In this document: positions 21,099 through 30,247 of the stretch, piece after piece | How positions within the stretch are numbered: the first letter of the stretch is position 1 | How the letters are laid out: every line of letters begins with the position of its first letter | Source: Nitrosopumilus sp. | Lineage (GTDB): Archaea > Thermoproteota > Nitrososphaeria > Nitrososphaerales > Nitrosopumilaceae | DNA length: 64,000 bases | Assembly (NCBI GenBank): GCA_965249555.1 | Contig: OZ252243.1 | Coordinates: 160,001-224,000 of the forward strand | Reading direction: 5' to 3' | Made by a program: the position numbers and the translations under genes | The notes under the pieces: model-generated | Told to the model about the DNA's origin: nothing | Database searches by the model: none | Seen by the model: only the letters and a program-made list of their open reading frames with translations

Positions 21099-21323
21099 CA
21101 TCATGATTATCAATCAGATAAGATCCAATCAAAATAAACCACATTGGGAAAAATGAAGCAACAAACAAAAATATTCTGGAACGAAAACTAATCATTTCAT
21201 CCATAGTAAGAACAATCTATGTTCTCTCATTCTTGTGTGTTTTATTGAAATGTCAAAATATTTTGTTTCTAATTGATTTGTATTTGACATCGTCTTTTTA
21301 ATCATCAAAGAACAACTAAACTC

Positions 21324-21414
21324 GTCAGGGTCGCATAGTTTGGTCTATTGCGTGAGATTGAAAATCTCTTGATCGACACCCTCGATTTCGTGGGTTCAAA
21401 TCCCACCCCTGACG
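21324..21414 (+). tRNA. Type II (long variable arm, G73) Ser-like tRNA with GAA anticodon; possibly a pseudo-tRNA
   Basis: Acceptor GTCAGGG/CCCTGAC+G, D-loop GG, anticodon arm TGAGA-TTGAAAA-TCTCT, variable stem GATCGA/TCGATT, T-arm GTGGG-TTCAAAT-CCCAC. Confidence 0.85.
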
Positions 21415-21443
21415 GGTTTATGATTTCTGTGATTGGTAATTCC

Positions 21444-21587
21444 TTAAAAAGTTTCATTGTCTGTTACCCTTTTTTCTGATTTCCGTAATCCAGTCCAGCC
21501 CTTTCTTGGGGTTTGATACCACTCAAACATCTTTCTCTGGATGTTTTTTGTTGCCTCTTCAACCCATTTTTCATACGCTCTAGTCAT
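21444..21587 (-). CDS. 47-aa hypothetical protein, possible provirus remnant
   Basis: MTRAYEKWVEEATKNIQRKMFEWYQTPRKGW...; ATGA-coupled to a truncated upstream ORF, convergent on the tRNA 3' end. Confidence 0.35.
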   Translation of the reverse strand: MTRAYEKWVEEATKNIQRKMFEWYQTPRKGWTGLRKSEKRVTDNETF

Positions 21588-21684
21588 TGTTGTTTCTTCA
21601 ATTCTATGTCACCATTTACAATGGTGAATACCATGTCTTGTGGTCTTGCATTTTTTGAAGCAATGGTAACTTTCAAGATGTTAA

Positions 21685-22186
21685 TCCAGGATGCAGATAA
21701 AGTATGGTTGAAAATCAAAGGCGATAGAAAGTATTTGTTTGCCATGATGGATAATGATACTAGATTTTGGATAGCCCAAAAAGTTACAGATAGTAAGTTC
21801 AAGCATGACGCTCAAAGTCTTTTGAAGATGGAAAACAAGTAACCAAAAATATTCCTAGTGAGTTTGTAACTGATGGACTGCCAGATTGTATGAAATCCTC
21901 AAAAAGGGTATTTGGTAAGAAGACAGATCATGCCAGACATATTCATCTTGATGGTGATATGAATAACAATAAGATGGAGAGATTTAATGGCGAAATAAGG
22001 GGGAGAGCCTTTAGAGGTCTCAAGAAAGACGATTCTTCTGCAATTACAGGAATCAAACTGTATCATAATTTCATTAGGCCACATATGAGTTTGGATAATG
22101 ATACTCCAGCCCATAGAGCTGGAATTGAGATTAAAGGAGATAACAAATGGCTCGCTATAATTCAAAATGCTAGTTTGAATAGTTGA
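21685..22186 (+). mobile_element. IS6-like DDE transposase remnant
   Basis: ADKVWLKIKG..KYLFAMMD..TRFWIA, VTDGL, NNNKMERFNGEIR; stops and 5' truncation. Confidence 0.85.
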
Positions 22187-22319
22187 GAAATAACAGATCA
22201 TCTTTTAAGAGCAAATTTAGTATTTTGTTAACTAATGCGATCATCAGCATGGAGATAAATAATTTAAAGAGTATAATTGAAATAAAATTATGAAATATCA
22301 AAATGGAAGTAATTAAAAA

Positions 22320-22550
22320 ATGTCAAATTATGAATTTCAAATCTTGTGTAATGATGGGAATGTAACTTGTCAAAATGTAATGAACGGTATGAAAGAAGAT
22401 TTTACAAATGTTGGAAAAAGAAAATTACTGAATGCTGATCATATCGGTGTAAGAATATGTGAAAACATAATGAATGCTGAAAAAATATCTAATGAATTAA
22501 TGAAAAAATATAGAGGGCATATCAAGAGGGTTACTATTGTTCCTAAATAA
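22320..22550 (+). CDS. Small hypothetical protein
   Basis: 76-aa ATG ORF. Confidence 0.5.
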   Translation: MSNYEFQILCNDGNVTCQNVMNGMKEDFTNVGKRKLLNADHIGVRICENIMNAEKISNELMKKYRGHIKRVTIVPK

Positions 22551-22869
22551 AATTGAAGCAAAAATTAGTAAGTGTAAAGATTGACTATATCTTTTTCGTT
22601 TCTTCCAAAAGTCCATAAAAACAAGTCAGGGGGATTTATCATTACCAAAAATAATTCTAATGTTAAAAGATCAGACTATTAATTTCCAAGGCAGCCTCTT
22701 TAGGAATTATCAGCGTTATGAACTCGTCTTTTTTTGAAATTTCCTTTCCAGGCTAGGTAGCAGCTGCCTTTAGGCGTTATTTTAGACACCAAGATATTAC
22801 TATTGAAATAAAGGTTAGTTAAAGATCAACATATTTTATCAACATATTTTATAAATTCACAATAATTAG

Positions 22870-23358
22870 TTGGACATGAGCGATTCAAATCCCGAAGTTA
22901 ACTCAAAATTAGTTTTAGCAAGATGGACAGACAGGTTCTTTGCATGGTTAATTGATTTTATCGTCATCTCAACAATTTCATCAGCAATAATTTTTGCAGC
23001 CTTTGGGGAGATAGATTTGGAAGATGAGGGAGGCATTTTTGGGCAGGGTGCCCTATACATGCAAACAAGCATCTTGTTCTTTGCATATTGGATAATTTTA
23101 GAATACAAGACAGGTCAGACAATTGGAAAAAAAGTTCTCGATTTGAAGGTGACTGACATTTATGGAAACAAGCCAAGCTTGAAGGGAGTCATAGCAAGCA
23201 GTTTTGGAAAAGCATTCCTATTACCAATAGATGTGATTCTGGGTCGGATTCTAACTAATGAAAAACGCCAAAGAGTGTTTAGCAAACTAGGCGATACAGT
23301 TGTTGTAAAAATCAAGAGTCCAGAAGATACATCAAATACCACCTATTCAAAAGACTAG
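22870..23358 (+). CDS. RDD-family membrane protein
   Basis: RFFAWLIDF, GQTIGKKVLDLKV, RQRVFSKLGDTVVV. Confidence 0.9.
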   Translation: MDMSDSNPEVNSKLVLARWTDRFFAWLIDFIVISTISSAIIFAAFGEIDLEDEGGIFGQGALYMQTSILFFAYWIILEYKTGQTIGKKVLDLKVTDIYGNKPSLKGVIASSFGKAFLLPIDVILGRILTNEKRQRVFSKLGDTVVVKIKSPEDTSNTTYSKD

Positions 23359-23439
23359 GTTTTGTCATATTTTGTTAAACAGTTACTTTGTAGATTTAAC
23401 CAACAGATCTATTAGTAACATTTGATCTTTGGGATTAGA

Positions 23440-23514
23440 ATGTCAGAGAAGAATAAAGAGTGGTGGGTAGGAATGTTTGATGAACTGCAAAATGACATAG
23501 AATGCAGAGAATAA
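23440..23514 (+). CDS. 24-aa acidic WW micropeptide
   Basis: MSEKNKEWWVGMFDELQNDIECRE; paralogue of 12914..12997. Confidence 0.5.
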   Translation: MSEKNKEWWVGMFDELQNDIECRE

Positions 23515-24178
23515 GTCAAGGAATTCATTGTTCTGAAAGTGGGAAATTTAGTTTATCCTGCGATATCCATTTCTGGATAAGAAATTAAGTGTAAAATTTG
23601 AATACTGGAGGTGATGTTTACATTAACGGTATTGAAGATTTTTGGAGTTTTGCCAAAGAGAACATGGCAAAGCATCATGGGCGAGTCCAGGTAAATTTTT
23701 ACTATACCTCAAGGAGATGGAATGAATATACAATAACAGAGATTGTAATTTGTTTGATCTATTGTTGAAGTATATGTTAGAGGCAGTAGGTACCTAATCA
23801 CCAATATCTAATATTATAACGTTCAATTCTGTGACATTTACAATATTCAATTATGGTTCTTGTTGTATTGTCTGGAGTTCAAACACGAAATACAAATTTT
23901 CTCCAAATTATAATTTATGACTAGATAAAATTTCCTTATGTAAACTAGCATTTGTGCATCTCATTCTATCCCTGCTTTTCATGGCGTAGAGGTCTTGTTT
24001 TTGCAAAAAGTACAAAAAAGATTCTTGGTGTATCTTGATGCTAGGAATTGTATTAGGAATTGTATTAGCAATGATTCATCAGAGATTGTTTTTGCAAATG
24101 ATACAAAATCTATCCATTATTTTTGTGAAATATTCAATAATAATCTAGGGGCAGTAGGTACCCAATCATCTGTGTTTA

Positions 24179-25114
24179 TTATTCAACAGATTTAGATGTT
24201 GTAAAATAACTTGTTTCAGTTGCTTTGCTATCCAAATGCGCATCGTTGTAAAAATGCATCATGGCATATGCATCTTTGAATTTTATGGATTTCTTTTTTC
24301 GATCTATTTCGACTGAAGATATTTGCCTTTTCTTAAGAAATTCATCTATCTTTTTAAATGACCACAAATACATTTTCTTTTCTTTAATCGCAGGCAATTT
24401 TCGTAATTTTTGAGAGTGTTTCGATATTTGTCCTTTTATTTTATCAATATCCTCAATAACATAATCTGCATGATTTTCCAAATGAGTAAAAACTTCTTTG
24501 TGGAATTCCATATGAATTTCATGATAGTCAAATAAATCTTCAAAATTATCTGGATGAAAAATTATCATTTCATTTCCATATTTACAGCAGTCATAATCTT
24601 GTGGAAGTTCTACTATTTCGTCTTTATTTAATGTCAGGACTCCAGATATTGCGTTCCATATAGATTTCTTATGAGATAAAATTTTCTGTTTTGTAAATTT
24701 TCCGAAAAAAATAACTGTTTTTCCTTGCATTGTAAATCTAAATTGGATGGATTTTAGATTATTCACAAATTGTTCATCAAGTTCAGTTACTTGATCATTT
24801 GTTTCTTTAAGATATACGTTGGTGTTAGGTATGTGTTTCATATCTTCTATGAGGTATTTTTTAATTAACGTCTCATCTCTGTTGTTACCATAATCTTGAT
24901 AATCCCAATTTTCTCTTTGTGAAACAAAGTTTATACATTGAGTGATGATTTTACTCATATCTTCTATGCGCAAATCCATATATTGCAATTCGACACGGAC
25001 TTCATCATGTTTATTTTCTTTTGTGACAAAAAATACTTGACATGTCATTTCAGATTTAGATATAAATTGAGAAATTTTACGTGTGATTGGAATTAAAATG
25101 TTATTTTCTTTCAA
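24179..25114 (-). CDS. kwaB: Kiwa anti-phage protein KwaB (DUF4868-like)
   Basis: 311 aa, FEDLFDY motif, C-terminal NDAHLDS..T..SY.T.SK; overlaps kwaA. Confidence 0.8.
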   Translation of the reverse strand: MKENNILIPITRKISQFISKSEMTCQVFFVTKENKHDEVRVELQYMDLRIEDMSKIITQCINFVSQRENWDYQDYGNNRDETLIKKYLIEDMKHIPNTNVYLKETNDQVTELDEQFVNNLKSIQFRFTMQGKTVIFFGKFTKQKILSHKKSIWNAISGVLTLNKDEIVELPQDYDCCKYGNEMIIFHPDNFEDLFDYHEIHMEFHKEVFTHLENHADYVIEDIDKIKGQISKHSQKLRKLPAIKEKKMYLWSFKKIDEFLKKRQISSVEIDRKKKSIKFKDAYAMMHFYNDAHLDSKATETSYFTTSKSVE

Positions 25115-25634
25115 AATAAACCCCTGCGCCTATTTTTATGATGGGATTATTTAGGAATTTGTTATTATTTGTAATAACTACAATTTCATCATTAATTGTG
25201 GTCACTTTGTATATTTTATATCCTAATAGTAACAAGGTTGGATTGAGGTATATTAAATCAGATTTTATATAGATTACACCAATTACAAAAAATATTATCC
25301 CATATGTTGCCACGTTCTGCCAATCTAAAACTTCGATAGTTACAAAGGGTATGACATAAGTTAGAAAATATTGAAGAATGCAACTTCCACTATTTTCGAT
25401 CTTACTTTTTGAACTGATTGGCATACCTACTATTTTATTTAATGACGAAAATACTCTGAACAGTGCAACTGATGATATTACAATTATTGGAATCAACACA
25501 TAAAATACTTCTATTTGTTGATAATGACGTATCATAATAATTACAAATAATGGAAAATATGATGTGAGAAATAATAAAATTCTTACGTTATTGTTCAACA
25601 TGATGTTTTCTCTTTTCTCATATTTGTATTTCAA
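25101..25634 (-). CDS. kwaA: Kiwa anti-phage transmembrane protein KwaA
   Basis: LFLTSYFPLF, YFLTYVIPF, YLNPTLLLLGYKIYKV motifs; 4 TM helices. Confidence 0.8.
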   Translation of the reverse strand: MKYKYEKRENIMLNNNVRILLFLTSYFPLFVIIMIRHYQQIEVFYVLIPIIVISSVALFRVFSSLNKIVGMPISSKSKIENSGSCILQYFLTYVIPFVTIEVLDWQNVATYGIIFFVIGVIYIKSDLIYLNPTLLLLGYKIYKVTTINDEIVVITNNNKFLNNPIIKIGAGVYFERK

Positions 25635-25758
25635 ATGATCGTTCCATCACCACCTAATTCGTAATTTTTGAATCTGGATAAGATCGTGATTTCATGTGTC
25701 CCTATAACCCAACAGAACTGTAATGAGGGATATTTAAGAGCCAAAAAGAATTTTTATT

Positions 25759-26343
25759 TTGTTGAGTTTAAAACCTAAAATTTGCAATGTTGTGTGTACT
25801 GCAGATTTAAAGCAAAGAGTCAACATATCAGAATTTGTAAAAATGCCTTGCGGTATTTATGATGAGGCAATATATGGCGGCAGGTGCGGGTATGTCAAGA
25901 TGCCTGAAATGGATGGGCGCGTTACCATTTTTTCAAGTGGCAAGATGATATCGGTGGGTGCAAAGTCAATTAAAAGGGCAAAGGATCAGCTAAACCAATC
26001 TAAATTTTACATGTTACAATATAACATGATAAAAAATACAGTGTTATCTGCAAAGATTAGAAACATTGTAGCTACAGTTGCTACAGGTAAGACAATACCA
26101 ATTGATATCATATCAACAAAGATACCAGGTGCTTCATATGATCCTGAGATATTTCCAGGGATGATAATAAAGGGGGTGAATAGTTGCAGCTGTCTTGTCT
26201 TTGCATCAGGCAAGATTGTAATTGCAGGTGCAAAGTCTGTCAATGAGCTAAACACCACAGCATTTGAGATGGTTCAAAGATTAAATGGATTGCTCAAAGC
26301 AATGGTTATAGAACCAAAGAAAGGTCACACGCTTGTAAGATGA
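25759..26343 (+). CDS. Divergent TATA-box binding protein paralogue
   Basis: Two TBP repeats: NVVCTADL...IFSSGKMISVGAKS and NIVATV...YDPEIFPG...VFASGKIVIAGAKS. Confidence 0.9.
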   Translation: MLSLKPKICNVVCTADLKQRVNISEFVKMPCGIYDEAIYGGRCGYVKMPEMDGRVTIFSSGKMISVGAKSIKRAKDQLNQSKFYMLQYNMIKNTVLSAKIRNIVATVATGKTIPIDIISTKIPGASYDPEIFPGMIIKGVNSCSCLVFASGKIVIAGAKSVNELNTTAFEMVQRLNGLLKAMVIEPKKGHTLVR

Positions 26344-26475
26344 TTCTCGGGCAAAGAGATTTGTGAAATGTTGTAAAATTAAATAAATCATACATCTTGT
26401 CAGTGGATATAACAAATCATAACCAATTAGATATGAATTTGAGCACAAGAATACTTGGTGGAATAATGGTATACA

Positions 26476-26893
26476 ATGAATTCCACAACACAGAAGAAAA
26501 CATACAGAATTGTAATAACTAAGGATCTTGAAGATGGCGGGGGTTTGTTGGCAGATGTCATGAATTGTATGTATACTCACAAGGTGAGACATTTGGTGAA
26601 ATTGTGGAAAACATGAAAGAAGCTGTAGAGGTATCAATTGAAGATGAACATAGTGGGTTTAATTTACTTGTTATAGAAAAATAATCTCAAAACTTTCAAA
26701 AGTATCTGGCAATCAGATATAAAATATTTGATCAAAAAAGAATTTTTTATAAAAAGTAGAAAAGGTAGCCATATTACTCTAACAAATAATATTGCACATT
26801 AGACTGTTCCTGTGAGGAACATGATAAAAACAAGATTATTTTTAAAAATACCAAGCAATAATGATATCCAGAGATGAATTGTGACTGATTATA
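26476..26893 (+). pseudogene. Decayed hicB-hicA pair
   Basis: YRIVITKDLEDGG/FVGRC..YSQGETFGEIVENMKEAV (frameshift in G-run), then RKGSHITL...TVPV with stops. Confidence 0.7.
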
Positions 26894-26988
26894 ACAATGG
26901 TTATGGGAAATAATATTTTATAATCCTATTCTAATCATAAAAATCAAAATAATCTAGATTCATAAACATATGTGCAGAAATAAACAAT

Positions 26989-27930
26989 TTGTCACAAGTA
27001 ATAATGAGTATTTTAATAACCAAAACTCGCAGTACACAATTATTTGAGGAATCAATAAAATCAAAATACACTGCAAAAAATTACAATTCACATCTAAAAC
27101 AATTCATTAAATTTGTAAAAGTAAATTCTGTTGATTCATTATTACTATATTCTACATCAGAATTACAACATGAATTAGAAAATTATTTAATACAACTAAA
27201 ACAAACAACAAATCCCAATTCCATACCATCAAAGTTTCAAGGAATCAAACATTTTTGTATCATGAATGAAATTCATATTAATTGGAACAAAATATGCAAG
27301 ATGTTTCCACAAAAACAAAAAACTCCAAATTTGAGATCATACACTACAAATGAAATTCGGAATATAATATATGCAGAAAAGAACATTAGAAACAAGGCAT
27401 TGATTCATTTTCTTGCATCAACAGGTGCAAGAGTAGGAGTTTTTGATCATAATTTATCAATCAAGCACATGAAGAAAATGCCTTGCAATATCTATGCAGT
27501 ATTACTTTATGCTGAAGATGTAGAAGAATATTGGTCATTTCTAACACCGCAGGCATCTAAAATTCTTAATAAATATCACCGTTTACGCAAACAAAAAGGA
27601 GAAATATTTTGCAACAACACTCCAATATTTGGAATTGATAAAACAACACAAAGACAGCTTGGATGGAATGGAGTTAGATCTGTAATGTATCGATCAATAT
27701 TCAAAAGTAATATTGTCAGACAGAAACAAAATTACCGTTATAATGTACAAGTTGATCATGGGTTTAGAAAAAGATTCAACACTATTCTAAAACTAGATAA
27801 TTCAATCAACTACAACATTGCAGAGAAGCTAATGGGGCACAAAAACGGTCTTGACGGCGTTTATTTTACTCCTACATTAAGCGAATTATTTACCGAATTT
27901 AAGAAGGTCATGTTCAAACTAGAGATTTAG
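26989..27930 (+). CDS. Tyrosine recombinase/integrase
   Basis: Catalytic R (STGAR), HGFRK, LMGH and downstream Y (GVYF) all present. Confidence 0.9.
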   Translation: MSQVIMSILITKTRSTQLFEESIKSKYTAKNYNSHLKQFIKFVKVNSVDSLLLYSTSELQHELENYLIQLKQTTNPNSIPSKFQGIKHFCIMNEIHINWNKICKMFPQKQKTPNLRSYTTNEIRNIIYAEKNIRNKALIHFLASTGARVGVFDHNLSIKHMKKMPCNIYAVLLYAEDVEEYWSFLTPQASKILNKYHRLRKQKGEIFCNNTPIFGIDKTTQRQLGWNGVRSVMYRSIFKSNIVRQKQNYRYNVQVDHGFRKRFNTILKLDNSINYNIAEKLMGHKNGLDGVYFTPTLSELFTEFKKVMFKLEI

Positions 27931-27990
27931 GTATAAATCATATTTTGTGAAACTTGAAACGATTTCACATAGTTCAGATTTTTATACTAA

Positions 27991-28221
27991 ATGTATCTAA
28001 CAAATCACATGAAGTTTAGAATATTCATCAAAAAAGATGAGGACGGGATGTTCGTATCAGAGGTTCCAGAACTTCCCGGATGCATATCTCAAGGAGACAC
28101 AAGAGAATTGGCAATAACTAACATCAAGGATGCCATTTCAGGATATATTACAAGTCTAAAAAAACATGATGAACCAATCCCTTTCTCCATTGATGAAGAG
28201 ACTGTAGAAATACATGTCTAA
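27991..28221 (+). CDS. hicB: HicB antitoxin
   Basis: VPELPGCISQGDTRELAITNIKDAI. Confidence 0.9.
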   Translation: MYLTNHMKFRIFIKKDEDGMFVSEVPELPGCISQGDTRELAITNIKDAISGYITSLKKHDEPIPFSIDEETVEIHV

Positions 28222-28438
28222 ACTGCCAATTATTTCTGCAAGAGAGTTACTCAAGATATTACACAAAATTGGATATGGTGTTGATCATCAGACAGGTAGT
28301 CATATAATATTAAGAAATAGAGATTATCCACATAGAAGAATAACTGTACCAAATCACAAAGAAATAGCAAGGGGGACATTACGCTCCATAATAAAACAAT
28401 CTGGATTAACTTTGGAAGAATTTTTGAAAATGAATTAA
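28214..28438 (+). CDS. hicA: HicA mRNA interferase toxin
   Basis: QTGSHIIL...ITVPNHKEIARGTLRSIIKQ. Confidence 0.9.
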   Translation: MSKLPIISARELLKILHKIGYGVDHQTGSHIILRNRDYPHRRITVPNHKEIARGTLRSIIKQSGLTLEEFLKMN

Positions 28439-28719
28439 GATTAAATTTTTCTGTATCTTGAATTTTTCTAGTGAGATATTTTTAAAAATATCAGACTGTT
28501 ATCTGTTGTATCTAATCACCATATGATATTCCATACCTTGCAATATAATACAATAATTCCATAATTTTGCAACAATTACATGGGATTGATTTGCCATGTT
28601 TTTGATGGTTTTGATTTTTGTTTTAACGGTTATCCAAACTGACTTAAATTAAAGTAAAAAATGAATAGTTTTAGTTGATTTTACAAAAATGACTTTAGAT
28701 TCTAAAAAATTAAAATTTG

Positions 28720-28949
28720 AGAAAAGACTAACTATGCAAGAGTTATCAGGTAGAGTACTTACACCTGACTAAAAGGAATGGCTTGTGTTAATCAAAGATA
28801 ATCTGATAAATTTAATATCTATTAATTTGGATGATCTTGATGAGGCTCTATTTTATCAGAAAGGTGATAGGATATAGTTCTATAAGTTATTTGGAGACGA
28901 GTATGAAAAGATTTTAGAGAAGCTACATGAGGTACTAATTAACTCTTGA
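28720..28949 (+). pseudogene. 3' remnant of a type I hsdR
   Basis: KEWLVLIK...FYKLFGDEYEKILEKLHEVLIN, homologous to ~37080..37308; stop overlaps the hsdS start. Confidence 0.85.
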
Positions 28950-30247
28950 ATGAATTAGTTTTTGATAAAAATAATTGCCCTAAAGGATGGGAATATTCTT
29001 CTTTAGGGTTTATCACAAAAAATCATGATGGTAAACGAATTCCTGTAAGTGCTAAATTAAGAGAAAATATGAAAGGAAAATATCCATATTATGGAGCTTC
29101 TGGAATTATCGATTATGTTAACAAATCCTTATTCAATGGAAATTATCTTTTGATTAGTGAAGATGGTGCTAATCTTTTAGCTAGATCATCTCCTATTGCA
29201 TTTATTGCCAAAAGAGAATTTTGGGTAAATAATCATGCTCATGTTTTAACTACTGTGTCTAATATTCAATTAGAATTTGTATCTTTTTTCATTAATAGTA
29301 TAAATATATCAAACTGGGTAACTGGAACAGCTCAACCGAAACTTAATCAAACAAATATGAATAAAATCCCAATTTCCCTTCCTCCAATTCCCGAACAAAA
29401 AAGAATCGTCTCAAAAATTGAATCAATCTTCACACAGATTGATTCAGCTAGAGAATCATTAAAAACGATAAAAAATAATCTGAAATTGCAAAAACAATCT
29501 GTATTAAAATCTGAATTTTATTTATCGGATAAAAAATTTGATTATAAAATCTTAAATGATATGTGCATTGATATCCAATCTGGTTTTGCCCAAGGCATTA
29601 AAAATGTTGAAAATGGAACGATTCATCTTAGAATGAATAATATAACTTCTAATTTTACAATGAATTTTCAATTGTTAAGAACTATTAACGCTAGTAAAGA
29701 CCAAAAAAACAAATACCTGATACAAAAAAATGATGTTATATTTGTTAATACAAATAGTGTTGAATTAATAGGAAAATCTTCTATTTTTTCATCTGATAAA
29801 ACATGTTTATTTAGTAATCATTTGACTCGTTTACGTACTGATCCTAAATTTTTGAAACCAAAATGGTTGTTATATTATCTTTATTTCAGATGGATACGAC
29901 ATGATTTCAGACTTATGTGTAGTAAACATGTTAATCAAGCATCTATTAATACTTCTAAGATAAAATTATTCCAAATACCTGTGATTTCTATATCTGAACA
30001 ACAATTGGTTATCTCAAAAATTGAATCAATCTTTGGTAGGATTGATGCAATTGACAAAAATGTTAATGATGCATTAGTATCCCTTGACAGACTAAAAAAC
30101 AGTGTACTAAAACAAGCCTTTGAAGGTAAGCTTGTATCACAGGATCCAAATGACGAACCAGCTGAGATTTTGCTTCAAAAAATACAACAAGAAAAGCAAT
30201 TAATACAAAATACAAAACCAAGAAAAGGAAAGAAAAATGTCAAATGA
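28946..30247 (+). CDS. hsdS: Type I R-M specificity subunit, complete copy coupled to hsdM
   Basis: Two TRDs, PPIPEQKRIVSKIE conserved helices, LKQAFEGKL tail. Confidence 0.95.
   Translation: MNELVFDKNNCPKGWEYSSLGFITKNHDGKRIPVSAKLRENMKGKYPYYGASGIIDYVNKSLFNGNYLLISEDGANLLARSSPIAFIAKREFWVNNHAHVLTTVSNIQLEFVSFFINSINISNWVTGTAQPKLNQTNMNKIPISLPPIPEQKRIVSKIESIFTQIDSARESLKTIKNNLKLQKQSVLKSEFYLSDKKFDYKILNDMCIDIQSGFAQGIKNVENGTIHLRMNNITSNFTMNFQLLRTINASKDQKNKYLIQKNDVIFVNTNSVELIGKSSIFSSDKTCLFSNHLTRLRTDPKFLKPKWLLYYLYFRWIRHDFRLMCSKHVNQASINTSKIKLFQIPVISISEQQLVISKIESIFGRIDAIDKNVNDALVSLDRLKNSVLKQAFEGKLVSQDPNDEPAEILLQKIQQEKQLIQNTKPRKGKKNVK
29419..29446 (+). repeat. Putative recombination site A1 (11-6-11 dyad)
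   Basis: TGAATCAATCT-TCACAC-AGATTGATTCA, perfect 11-bp inverted arms. Confidence 0.75.
30022..30049 (+). repeat. Putative recombination site B1
   Basis: TGAATCAATCT-TTGGTA-GGATTGATGCA. Confidence 0.7.

Noticed and set aside
21324-21414. Selenocysteine or pyrrolysine tRNA
   Set aside because: Canonical 7/5 acceptor/T-stem geometry and no UCA or CUA anticodon
22680-22790. GC-richer patch with partial repeats (ttccaaggcagc/ttccaggc, ctttagg)
   Set aside because: No convincing fold or regular period; more likely a decayed gene fragment
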